From assembly GCF_041583155.1 (NCBI RefSeq), contig NZ_JBFHGK010000010.1:33216-97215 (forward strand): a stretch of DNA of 64,000 nt, in the 5' to 3' direction. A program made the position numbers and the translations under genes. How positions within the stretch are numbered: the stretch's first letter is position 1; the number at the start of each line of letters is the position of its first letter. A model generated the notes under the pieces. The model saw only the letters and a program-made list of their open reading frames with translations, made no database searches and was not told the DNA's origin. This stretch comes from Mariniflexile sp. (lineage in GTDB: Bacteria; Bacteroidota; Bacteroidia; Flavobacteriales; Flavobacteriaceae). Positions 17,161-26,298 of the stretch are shown in pieces.

Positions 17161-20100
17161 TTAATTCAATTTAAATAAGACATCCTGATTTTGTAATTCG
17201 TTAAGTAATTCTTGAGAAACTTTTACTTTATGTTTTCTGCTTGGCATGGATAATTTTAACATTTCCTTGTTGTCATACACCACAAAATTAAGCGACTGAT
17301 TTCCTGGATGTGAATGAACTAACTCCTTTAATGCGGCAATTTTACGTTCATTTAAATCTCTAATATCCAATTGTATAGATAATTTTTTAGCATAGTTCTC
17401 CATAACATCGTGCAGCAACTGAAAACTATTGAACTGCAATCGAGGTTCACTCTTTTTACCTGTATCTTTATTTACCCAACCTTCTCTAACAAATGATTTC
17501 ACAAAAACAAAATTGCTTTTCATTAAAAAATGCCTAAACTTTAAGTATTCTTCACCAAAAATGCGAAACTCAAAACTATCGGTATAATCTTCAACTGTAA
17601 ACATAGCCCATCCTTTACCTTGCTTACTTACACGGTGTTGCACATCGGTAACTACACCACCAAAAACCAATTCTCTGTTCACATAAGGTTCTAAATCTTT
17701 AAAGAATGCCAAATTAGCGTTACAAAAGGTGTTCATCTCAATTTTAAAATCGTCTAACGGATGCCCAGAAATATAGATTCCTACCACTTCTTTTTCACGT
17801 GCTAATTTCTCCATAGTTCCCCACTCTTCACATGGTGGCACTTCGGGTTCGGCGATTTGCACATTACTGGCATCCCCAAACAAACTTACTTGCGCAGAAT
17901 TTTCATTTTCCTGATGTTTATTACCATAACGAATCGCTTTTTCTAAAAAAGTAATACCATCACCTTCATCATGAAAATATTGTGCACGATGGGTTGAACT
18001 AAAACCATCAAAGCCACCTGCCAACGCTAAATTCTCGAACGCTTTTTTATTAGCTGCACGTAAATCAATCCGCTTTGCAAAATCAAAAATTGTTTTATAA
18101 GGCCCGTCTTTCTTTCTGTTTTCAACAATTGTTAGTACGGCACCATGACCCACACCCTTTATGGCTCCCATTCCAAAACGAACTGCGTTATTTTTATTTA
18201 CTGAAAATTTATAGAATGATTCGTTTACATCTGGCCCTAAAACTTCCAGTTTCATACGCTTACATTCTTCCATAAAGAAAGTAACCTGTTTGATATCGTT
18301 CATGTTATTGGAAAGCACCGCCGCCATATATTCTGCTGGGTAATGCGCTTTTAAATAGGCTGTTTGGTAGGCTATCCATGCATAACAAGTAGAGTGCGAT
18401 TTATTGAAAGCATAACTTGCAAAAGCCTCCCAGTCTTTCCAAACTTTTTCCAACACTTTTGCATCATGGCCATTTGCACTCGCCTGTTCTACAAATTTAG
18501 GTTTCATTTTATCCAGTACCGCAATTTGCTTCTTACCCATTGCCTTTCTTAGTACATCGGCTTCACCTTTAGTAAATCCAGCAAGTTTTTGAGACAGTAA
18601 CATTACTTGCTCCTGATAAACGGTAATACCATAAGTTTCCTTTAGGTATTCTTCCATGGCATCTAAATCGTACTCAATTGGCTCTTCACCATGTTTGCGT
18701 CGTGTAAAACTTGGAATATACTCCATAGGCCCCGGACGATACAAGGCATTCATTGCAATTAAATCTTCAAAAACGGTTGGTTTTAATTCCTTAAGGTGTT
18801 TTTGCATTCCGGGTGACTCGTATTGGAATACACCGACCGTTTCTCCCCGTTGGAACAACTCATAAGTTTTAACATCATCTAACGGAAAATTATCCGGATC
18901 GAGTAAAATATCATGTCTTGCCTTTACAATTTTAACGGTGTCCTTAATTAAGGTTAATGTTTTTAACCCCAAGAAATCCATTTTTAATAATCCAGCTTCC
19001 TCAACAACCGAGTTATCAAATTGGGTAACATATAAATCGGAATCTTTTGCCGTGGAGACGGGAACGAATTTGGTAATATCATCTGGCGTAATTATAACGC
19101 CACAAGCATGAATTCCCGTATTTCTTACGGATCCTTCAAGGGTTCTAGCTAAGTTTATCGTTTCCGCTTCTAAATCATCACCTTCGGAAATATTTAAAAG
19201 CTGATTCACCTTTTCTAAATCTTCCGCCCTAAACTTACTCGCTAATTCCTTCTCGCTTAAACCAAAGATTTTATTCAGTTTAGACATGGTTGGAATTAAT
19301 TTAGCAATTCTATCGGCATCAAACAATGGTAAATCAAGCACACGAGCCGTATCACGAATGGACGACTTTGCAGCCATAGTACCATAAGTAATAATTTGAG
19401 CCACCTGATTACTTCCGTATTTATTGATAACGTAATCCATCACCCGGCTTCTGCCTTCATCATCAAAATCGATATCAATATCGGGCATACTTACACGATC
19501 GGGATTCAAGAAGCGCTCAAAAAGCAAATCGTACTTAAGTGGATCTATATTAGTAATCCATAAACAATAGGCTACCACCGATCCTGCCGCCGAACCACGA
19601 CCCGGACCCACCGATACATCCATTTTTCGAGCTTCTCGAATAAAATCTTCAACAATTAAAAAGTAACCAGGATATCCTGTATTTTGAATAACATCGAGCT
19701 CAAAGTCTAAACGCTCTATAACTTCCTCCGAAAGTTCTTCTCCATAGCGTTTCTTAGCTCCTTCATAGGTTAAATACCGCAAATAGGCATTTTCACCTCG
19801 TTTCCCTCCATCGATTAAATCTTCTTCATTTTTAAAAGAGTCTGGAATATCGAATGCCGGTAACAACACCTCTCGGGCCAACTCGTAGGCTTCTACTTTA
19901 TCTACAACTTCTTGAATGTTACTAATAGCCTCAGGTACATCCTTAAAAATCTGCTTCATTTCTTCTGCAGACTTAAAATAATATTCCTGATTGGGTAATC
20001 CGTAGCGATAACCTCGACCACGACCTATAGGTGTTGCCTGCTTTTCTCCATCCTTTACGCACAATAAAATATCATGTGCATTGGCATCTTCCTTTTTACA

Positions 20101-21549
20101 ATAATAGGTATTATTAGTGGCAACCAACTTAACCTCGTGTTTCTTGGCGAGCGAAATAAGTACTGGATTCACACGATTTTCATCTTCTTGATTGTGACGC
20201 ATTAACTCCACATACAGATCGTCTCCAAATTGTTCTTTCCACCAAATTAAGGCTTCTTCAGCTTGATTTTCTCCTACATTTAAGATTTTACTTGGCACTT
20301 CACCATACAAATTTCCGGTAAGCACCATGAGGTCATCTTTATACTTCTCTATTAAATTCTTATCTATTCTTGGCAGGTAATAAAAACCATCCACAAAGGC
20401 GTGCGACGATAATTTTGCCAGATTATGATACCCATTTTTATTCTTGGCAAGTAGCACGATTTGATAACCATTATCTTTTCTAGTTTTGTCGGTATGGTCT
20501 TCGCAAACAAAAAACTCGCACCCAATTATGGGTTTAATTTCTTTAGCTTTAGGGGTTTCACCTCTTTCAATAGCGGCTGCATTTTTTGCTTTAACACCTT
20601 TATTATGATTGCTAACTGCTTTCACAAAGTGAAAAGCCCCCATCATATTGGCATGGTCGGTTAAAGCAACCGCAGGCATGTTATGCTCGGCAGCTACTGC
20701 AACCAAATCTGCAACACTGATAGTAGACTGCAAAACCGAAAACTGTGAATGATTATGAAGGTGAACAAAATCAACTTCCTTTAATTCGGAAATGTTTTGT
20801 TTAATGACTTCCGTAGAAATGGTATTTCCTTCAACTTTTTTTATACCCTCCCTTATTTTAGCACTTTCTTGTTTTAGGTTAATATGCTTTAAGCCAATAA
20901 GCTGAATCTCCATAGGATTAGCTTCTTTAAACCTATCAAAATAATCGGGCTGAACATCTAGCTGTTCTACTGTATATTCTTCTAACCGAATTAATTCAAA
21001 AAAGCAACGCGTAGTTGCTTCCACATCGGCAGTCGCATTATGCGCTTCAGAAAAAGGCACTTTAAATAAATATTCGTGTAATTCAGTAAGCGTGGGTAAT
21101 TTGAATTTCCCATATCGCCCACCTGGAATTTGACATAAACTAGCTGTGTGTTCGGTACAAGTATCTAAAACTGGTAATTCTTGTAATGTGTTTGCAACAT
21201 CTGCCCGCACAAATTCAGCCCCCATAATATTAAGGTCGAATTTCAGGTTTTGTCCTACTACAAATTTTGTTTTGCTTAAAGCTATATTAAATTTCTCCAA
21301 AACTTCAGTTAACGGAACACCTTGTTCTTGCGCTAACTCTGTTGAAATACCATGAATTTTCTCAGCATCATACGGAATATTAAACCCATCTGGTTGCACC
21401 AAATAATCTTGATGATCGACACAATTCCCCATTTCATCATGTAATTGCCATGCAATTTGAATACACCTTGGCCAATTATCAGTATCTGTAATTGGTGCAT
21501 CCCAACGTTTAGGCAATCCGGTAGTTTCAGTATCGAAAATTAAGTACAT
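17161..21549 (-). CDS. dnaE: DNA polymerase III alpha subunit with an N-terminal DnaQ-like 3'-5' exonuclease domain
   Basis: 1462 aa. The N-terminus has MYLIFDTETTGLP (ExoI) and HNATADV (ExoIII-like) motifs. These are followed by the PHP domain (FVHLHNHSQFSVLQS) and the Pol III alpha core (..GPGRGSAAGS.., ..PDIDIDF..). Confidence 0.95.
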   Translation of the reverse strand: MYLIFDTETTGLPKRWDAPITDTDNWPRCIQIAWQLHDEMGNCVDHQDYLVQPDGFNIPYDAEKIHGISTELAQEQGVPLTEVLEKFNIALSKTKFVVGQNLKFDLNIMGAEFVRADVANTLQELPVLDTCTEHTASLCQIPGGRYGKFKLPTLTELHEYLFKVPFSEAHNATADVEATTRCFFELIRLEEYTVEQLDVQPDYFDRFKEANPMEIQLIGLKHINLKQESAKIREGIKKVEGNTISTEVIKQNISELKEVDFVHLHNHSQFSVLQSTISVADLVAVAAEHNMPAVALTDHANMMGAFHFVKAVSNHNKGVKAKNAAAIERGETPKAKEIKPIIGCEFFVCEDHTDKTRKDNGYQIVLLAKNKNGYHNLAKLSSHAFVDGFYYLPRIDKNLIEKYKDDLMVLTGNLYGEVPSKILNVGENQAEEALIWWKEQFGDDLYVELMRHNQEDENRVNPVLISLAKKHEVKLVATNNTYYCKKEDANAHDILLCVKDGEKQATPIGRGRGYRYGLPNQEYYFKSAEEMKQIFKDVPEAISNIQEVVDKVEAYELAREVLLPAFDIPDSFKNEEDLIDGGKRGENAYLRYLTYEGAKKRYGEELSEEVIERLDFELDVIQNTGYPGYFLIVEDFIREARKMDVSVGPGRGSAAGSVVAYCLWITNIDPLKYDLLFERFLNPDRVSMPDIDIDFDDEGRSRVMDYVINKYGSNQVAQIITYGTMAAKSSIRDTARVLDLPLFDADRIAKLIPTMSKLNKIFGLSEKELASKFRAEDLEKVNQLLNISEGDDLEAETINLARTLEGSVRNTGIHACGVIITPDDITKFVPVSTAKDSDLYVTQFDNSVVEEAGLLKMDFLGLKTLTLIKDTVKIVKARHDILLDPDNFPLDDVKTYELFQRGETVGVFQYESPGMQKHLKELKPTVFEDLIAMNALYRPGPMEYIPSFTRRKHGEEPIEYDLDAMEEYLKETYGITVYQEQVMLLSQKLAGFTKGEADVLRKAMGKKQIAVLDKMKPKFVEQASANGHDAKVLEKVWKDWEAFASYAFNKSHSTCYAWIAYQTAYLKAHYPAEYMAAVLSNNMNDIKQVTFFMEECKRMKLEVLGPDVNESFYKFSVNKNNAVRFGMGAIKGVGHGAVLTIVENRKKDGPYKTIFDFAKRIDLRAANKKAFENLALAGGFDGFSSTHRAQYFHDEGDGITFLEKAIRYGNKHQENENSAQVSLFGDASNVQIAEPEVPPCEEWGTMEKLAREKEVVGIYISGHPLDDFKIEMNTFCNANLAFFKDLEPYVNRELVFGGVVTDVQHRVSKQGKGWAMFTVEDYTDSFEFRIFGEEYLKFRHFLMKSNFVFVKSFVREGWVNKDTGKKSEPRLQFNSFQLLHDVMENYAKKLSIQLDIRDLNERKIAALKELVHSHPGNQSLNFVVYDNKEMLKLSMPSRKHKVKVSQELLNELQNQDVLFKLN

Positions 21550-21729
21550 TTTTAAATATAGATGTTTGTTTTTAAGTCGTTTAGAAATTTCAAACGCAGT
21601 TTATAAAATTACAGAATTATATCGCCTTATTAACCGAAAGTTATAAAGAGTTTTAAACAAAATAGCACAACAACACTTAAGTATTGTTCATGCAAAAACC
21701 TTATTTTTGAAATCTTATATTCCAACTCC

Positions 21730-22791
21730 ATGAAAATTAAACTCTTATTTTTAGTGCTTTTAATAGTAACTGCAACTAGTAATGCCCAAAACGTAGCAAT
21801 GTACGTTGGCACCTATACCAAAGGCACAAGTGAAGGTATTTATAAATTACAATTCAATACAAAAACTGGCGAACTTAGCGAATTACAATTAGCTATTACC
21901 ACCGAAAATCCATCATTTATAGCCTATTCACCAAACAAGAGATTTTTATATGCTGTAAGTGAAAGTCTTGGTGGCTCGGTATCTTCATTTAAGATTCAAG
22001 AAAATGGCCTGCTAAAGTTTATAAACAAAGTAAGCAGTAACGGTAAAGGACCTTGCCATATAGCCTTAAACAAACAAGGAACCAAAGCAGTTGTGTCAAA
22101 TTATGTTGGAGGTAGCGCATCTATTTATCCTATTTCTAGAGACGGAAAGCTAAATGATGCCTCCCAAATTTTTAATTACAACTTAACAGACGAAGTTTCG
22201 CATGCACATTCTGCTCAGTTTTTTAGAGACGACTTATATATCGCAGACTTAGGAATGAATGCTGTTTATCAATATAAATTAAAAAATGATAGTTATGAAT
22301 TGGAGACACCTTCAATCTTCCAAACCTCAGAAAATCCAGGACCAAGACATTTCGCCATAACAAGAAATGGTCAATTCATCTATATCATTAATGAATATGG
22401 TGGCTCCATAACTTCGATTGAAAAAACAGACAGTGGTTTTAAACAAATTGACTACGACTCTACATTGGAAGACACCTACGAAGGAAAAAATTCCTGTGCC
22501 GATATTCATTTATCCAAAAACGAGCTATTTTTATACGGTTCTAATAGAGGTGAAAATTCTATTGCTGTGTTTAAAAGAAACAAATTAGATGGCACGATTG
22601 AAAAAATTCAAACCATGCCTGTCCATGGGGATTGGCCTAGAAATTTCACTATAGATCCCACTGGAAAATTTTTATTAGTTGCAAACCAAAAAAGTGAAAA
22701 CATCTCTGTTTTTAGCATTGATGCATCTACCGGAAAACTAAGTTTTTTGAACGACGCAAAAGTCCCAACACCAGTATGTTTGCTCTTTTAA
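21730..22791 (+). CDS. lactonase-family 7-bladed beta-propeller protein with a signal peptide
   Basis: 353 aa. It begins with MKIKLLFLVLLIVTATSNAQ, followed by YVGTYT......GIY and repeated propeller blocks as in the 6-phosphogluconolactonase/YbhE-like family. The signal peptide argues against a cytoplasmic Pgl role. Confidence 0.75.
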   Translation: MKIKLLFLVLLIVTATSNAQNVAMYVGTYTKGTSEGIYKLQFNTKTGELSELQLAITTENPSFIAYSPNKRFLYAVSESLGGSVSSFKIQENGLLKFINKVSSNGKGPCHIALNKQGTKAVVSNYVGGSASIYPISRDGKLNDASQIFNYNLTDEVSHAHSAQFFRDDLYIADLGMNAVYQYKLKNDSYELETPSIFQTSENPGPRHFAITRNGQFIYIINEYGGSITSIEKTDSGFKQIDYDSTLEDTYEGKNSCADIHLSKNELFLYGSNRGENSIAVFKRNKLDGTIEKIQTMPVHGDWPRNFTIDPTGKFLLVANQKSENISVFSIDASTGKLSFLNDAKVPTPVCLLF

Positions 22792-22821
22792 AAAAAAATA
22801 ACTCCAACACTAAATAAAGTA

Positions 22822-22851
22822 TTGATTATTAGGATTAAAAGATTATCTTTG
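22822..22851 (+). promoter_or_regulatory. Bacteroidota sigma-A type promoter for rpsP (-33 TTG / -7 TATCTTTG)
   Basis: TTG at 22822..22824, a 19-nt spacer, then TATCTTTG at 22844..22851. The ATG is at 22899. Confidence 0.5.
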
Positions 22852-22898
22852 CGCCCTCATTAATAACCGAGGTCGAGAACCTCAAATAATTAATTATT

Positions 22899-23417
22899 AT
22901 GCCAGTAAAAATTAGATTACAAAGACATGGTAAAAAAGGGAAACCTTTTTACTGGATTGTTGCAGCTGATGTACGATCAAAAAGAGATGGTAAATACCTT
23001 GAAAAATTAGGAACTTACAATCCAAACACAAACCCAGCAAGTATCGATTTAAATGTTGATAGTGCTGTACAATGGTTGCAAAACGGTGCACAACCAACCG
23101 ACACGGCTAAAGCTATTTTATCTTACAAAGGTGCTTTACTAAAAAATCACCTAGTAGGTGGAGTTAGAAAAGGTGCTTTAACAGAAGAACAAGCCGAAGC
23201 TAAATTTACAGCTTGGTTAGAAGAAAAAGCAGGTAAAGTTGGCGCTAAAACAGATGGTTTAGCAAAAGCACAAGCTGAAGCAAAAGCGAAAGCATTAGAA
23301 GCTGAAAAAGCAGCTAACGAAGCGCGTATTGCAGCAGCAGCAGCTGTTGAAGAAGCAGCTGAAGCAGAAGCTGTTGCTGAGGAAGCAACCGAGGAAGAAG
23401 CTAAAACAGAAGAATAA
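22899..23417 (+). CDS. rpsP: 30S ribosomal protein S16 with an Ala/Glu/Lys-rich C-terminal extension
   Basis: The N-terminus MPVKIRLQRHGKKGKPFYWIVAADVRSKRDGKYLEKLGTYNP is canonical S16. Residues from about 90 to 172 are a low-complexity A/E/K tail. Confidence 0.95.
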   Translation: MPVKIRLQRHGKKGKPFYWIVAADVRSKRDGKYLEKLGTYNPNTNPASIDLNVDSAVQWLQNGAQPTDTAKAILSYKGALLKNHLVGGVRKGALTEEQAEAKFTAWLEEKAGKVGAKTDGLAKAQAEAKAKALEAEKAANEARIAAAAAVEEAAEAEAVAEEATEEEAKTEE

Positions 23418-23441
23418 AAAAATTATTTTTTATACTTTTAA

Positions 23442-23470
23442 ACTCCGATACGTGTATCGGAGTTTTTTTT
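23442..23470 (+). terminator. rho-independent terminator after rpsP
   Basis: ACTCCGATA-CGTG-TATCGGAGT is a perfect 9-bp stem followed by a T8 run. Confidence 0.8.
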
Positions 23471-23557
23471 ATCAAAAATGTCACATCAACTACAGTCGAG
23501 CCATTAGTAATTTAATATTTATTAGCTTTACACTGTTATTGCACAAACCCATTTCTC

Positions 23558-24082
23558 ATGAAAAAAGAAGATTGTTTTTACTTAGGCAAAATTGTAACAA
23601 AATATAGTTTTAAAGGTGAACTTTTAATAAAATTAGACACCGATGAACCTGAGTTATACACCAACTTAGATGCCATGTTTATTGATGTGCGCAACTCCCT
23701 CATCCCTTTCTTTGTTGAAAGTTCGCAACTTCATAAATCTGATCTTTTACGCGTACAATTTGAAGATGTTAATAGTGAAGGCGATGCCGATGCTTTGATT
23801 AAAAGTGATGTATATTTACCTCTAGAATTCCTACCAAAATTAGAAGGTAACAAATTTTATTTTCATGAAGTTATAGGCTTCAACATGGAAGACATAAATT
23901 ACGGTAAAGTTGGCACAATCGTTGGAATTAACGATTCTACAGCGCAGGCTTTATTCGAAGTTGAAAATAATGGAAACGAAATACTAATACCAATGAATGA
24001 TGAATTTATTGTAAAAGTTGATAGAAAAACAAAAACCATCATAGTTAATACACCAGATGGTTTGATTGATTTGTATATTTAG
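23558..24082 (+). CDS. rimM: 16S rRNA processing protein RimM
   Basis: 174 aa. It has the typical G.I.K..G..GEL.......... N-terminal beta-barrel and a PRC barrel, and occupies the conserved position after rpsP. Confidence 0.85.
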   Translation: MKKEDCFYLGKIVTKYSFKGELLIKLDTDEPELYTNLDAMFIDVRNSLIPFFVESSQLHKSDLLRVQFEDVNSEGDADALIKSDVYLPLEFLPKLEGNKFYFHEVIGFNMEDINYGKVGTIVGINDSTAQALFEVENNGNEILIPMNDEFIVKVDRKTKTIIVNTPDGLIDLYI

Positions 24083-24087
24083 TTTAT

Positions 24088-24552
24088 TTAGGAAGCTCTT
24101 TTCTCTGCAAAGAAATCTTTATAAACTTCAATACCATATAACGATTTCACAATGGTGTCTTGTTGATCTTCCAACAACTCTTCATCGGAATCTGAAAATT
24201 CAAAATAATTAAGGATTTTTTGATATTTTTCAATATCTGAAACTTGAACTCTACCTGCTTCGGTTAATATAAACTGCTCATTTTGCGAAGCTATTGCTTT
24301 TATTAAATTTGAATTTTTAATATACTCTTCCACTAATGAGGTGTCATGATATGTAGGCGTAGCACCTTTTTCTCGAATACTAGCATCTATTGCTTTAATA
24401 AATCTGTTTCTTTCATAGCCAGCCACACTAAAGAAATTCTTTAATATCTTACCTTCAACTTGGTCTAGTGCATAAAAAAACAACTTTTCAGTCTCACAGT
24501 TTAGAATTAGTAATCTATTTAAAGTGCTAACAATTTGTTCATGGTTTTTCAT
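24088..24552 (-). CDS. DUF2383 / PA2169-like four-helix-bundle (ferritin-like) protein
   Basis: 154 aa. The pattern LN.LL..N...EK.F..A......LK.FF......R..F...I matches this family as I remember it. It is a paralogue of 24844..25293. Confidence 0.55.
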   Translation of the reverse strand: MKNHEQIVSTLNRLLILNCETEKLFFYALDQVEGKILKNFFSVAGYERNRFIKAIDASIREKGATPTYHDTSLVEEYIKNSNLIKAIASQNEQFILTEAGRVQVSDIEKYQKILNYFEFSDSDEELLEDQQDTIVKSLYGIEVYKDFFAEKRAS

Positions 24553-24761
24553 AATTAAAATAGGTTTTTATTTGGGGGTTAAAAACAAAAATAACGCTAA
24601 AAAGACATTTAATTCGATTAAAAACAAAAAACACTGTCGTTTTATCTTACTTTATGCCGCAATGTAGCGAAAAAGCTTAACCCAACCCAAAATCCATTCA
24701 AGTTTTCGATGAACGGTATATTCTTTATAAGATACGGAAATTTTATTTAATTAAAATAGAT

Positions 24762-24801
24762 GCGCCAAGAAGCTCGATATTTTTACAGAGCTTCTTGGCG
24801 C
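24762..24801 (-). terminator. strong hairpin between the two DUF2383 paralogues (possible terminator)
   Basis: GCGCCAAGAAGCTC-12 nt-GAGCTTCTTGGCGC is a perfect 14-bp GC-containing stem in an AT-rich spacer. The U-tract is weak on either strand. Confidence 0.35.
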
Positions 24802-24843
24802 AAAACTTATAAAATTTAAATTGGATTTTTAAACAAGCATTAA

Positions 24844-25293
24844 TTACACAACAAACTCTTCTTGTCGTTTCATGGCATTCATATTACTATAAATGCTATC
24901 ACGTTGTTTTACCAGCATTTTACACGTAGATAATGGCAAATTGATTTGCATCAATAATTCATTATATCCATCAATACATAATGATTTAAGTTTAAAAACC
25001 TCTGTCATTAAATCGTCCTCGTTATTTATTAAAAGGTGGTTTTTGAATTTCGTTTCAAAGTTTTTTAAATCACCCTTAACCTTACCTAACTGTATAGGTT
25101 CCCCTTTCAATTTATTTATTTCTGTTCTTAATTGTCTACTAAATTCATTTCTCTCAAAAGCACGTTCTGTAAAAAACGCTTTTAAATTATCATTAGTAGC
25201 CAAATCAAGTGCACCTAAATAAATTTTTTCAACTTCATAATTCATTACCAATAAATTATTGAGCTTCTTTAAAATTTTTTCTGCAGACTTCAT
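24844..25293 (-). CDS. DUF2383 / PA2169-like four-helix-bundle protein (paralogue)
   Basis: 149 aa with LNNLLVMNYEVEKIYLGALD....NLKAFFTERAFERNEF, the same pattern as 24088..24552. Confidence 0.55.
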   Translation of the reverse strand: MKSAEKILKKLNNLLVMNYEVEKIYLGALDLATNDNLKAFFTERAFERNEFSRQLRTEINKLKGEPIQLGKVKGDLKNFETKFKNHLLINNEDDLMTEVFKLKSLCIDGYNELLMQINLPLSTCKMLVKQRDSIYSNMNAMKRQEEFVV

Positions 25294-25474
25294 ACAATTT
25301 ATTTTTAGTTTAGCACTTTCAATACCTTATTTAAAGATGGGTATTAATTATACATCTATCATACAAAATTAATAACGTATTTAACAAGAAAATATTTTTT
25401 AACAGAGTTTAATATTTTTCAAGGCTTTTTGATCCTTTTTTCAAAATTCAATCTTAAATTTTTAACATTCAGCT

Positions 25475-26191
25475 ATGGCTTCCTCTCCTTTTTCTTTCAA
25501 ACAATTCACAATAAACCAAAATAAATGTGCCATGAAAGTTGGAACGGACGGGGTTTTATTAGGGGCTTGGGCATCTATCAAAACAAATCCCTTTGCAGTT
25601 CTAGATATTGGAGCTGGCACCGGAATACTTTCGTTAATGCTTGCACAACGTAGCTTCGCTGAAATAATTGATGCCATTGAAATAGATGATGATGCTTACG
25701 AACAATGTGTTGAAAATTTTGAAGCATCCCCGTGGGCAGACCGATTGTTTTGCTACCATGCCTCACTTGAAGAATTTACTGATGAGATTGAAGATAAATA
25801 TGATTTAATAGTTTCTAACCCGCCATTTTATTCAGAAAATTATAAATCGGAAAGTGAACAACGCGATTTAGCACGTTTTAGCGAGGCCATGCCTTTTGAT
25901 CACTTAATTGAAAGTGTTTCAAAATTACTATCCGAAGAAGGTGTTTTTTCTGTTATCATTCCTTTTAAAGAAGAAGCTACTTTTATTAGTTTAGCTTCTA
26001 GTTTCAAGTTATATCCAAATAAAATTTTACATGTAAAAGGCACACCTACTTCAGAAATTAAACGCAGCCTTATGGAATTCTCGTTCCGCAAATGCGACAC
26101 TAAAATAGAAACCCTTATTATTGAAATTAGCCGCCATATATACACCGAAGACTATATAAGCTTAACAAAAGATTTCTATTTAAAAATGTAA
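25475..26191 (+). CDS. tRNA1(Val) (adenine37-N6)-methyltransferase (TrmN6/YfiC-like)
   Basis: 238 aa with F.FKQF.I.Q..CAMKVGTDGVLLGAW, the SAM motif LDIGAGTG and the NPPF catalytic motif. Confidence 0.8.
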   Translation: MASSPFSFKQFTINQNKCAMKVGTDGVLLGAWASIKTNPFAVLDIGAGTGILSLMLAQRSFAEIIDAIEIDDDAYEQCVENFEASPWADRLFCYHASLEEFTDEIEDKYDLIVSNPPFYSENYKSESEQRDLARFSEAMPFDHLIESVSKLLSEEGVFSVIIPFKEEATFISLASSFKLYPNKILHVKGTPTSEIKRSLMEFSFRKCDTKIETLIIEISRHIYTEDYISLTKDFYLKM

Positions 26192-26298
26192 ATTACTTAC
26201 AAGATTTCATTAAATTTGAGACTAACGATAGTGTTTTGTCGGCAAAGTAGTGTTGTTAATACATATTTTGTTTAAAACACTAATAAATTCAAATAGTA

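Noticed and set aside
23329-23607. 92-aa ORF overlapping the rpsP tail and the rimM start.
   Set aside because: It is an alternative frame of the GCA/GAA repeat region and runs straight through a strong terminator hairpin. It is not coding.
24893-25222. 109-aa plus-strand ORF inside 24844..25293.
   Set aside because: It is antisense to a gene with a clear paralogue (24088..24552) and is low-complexity.
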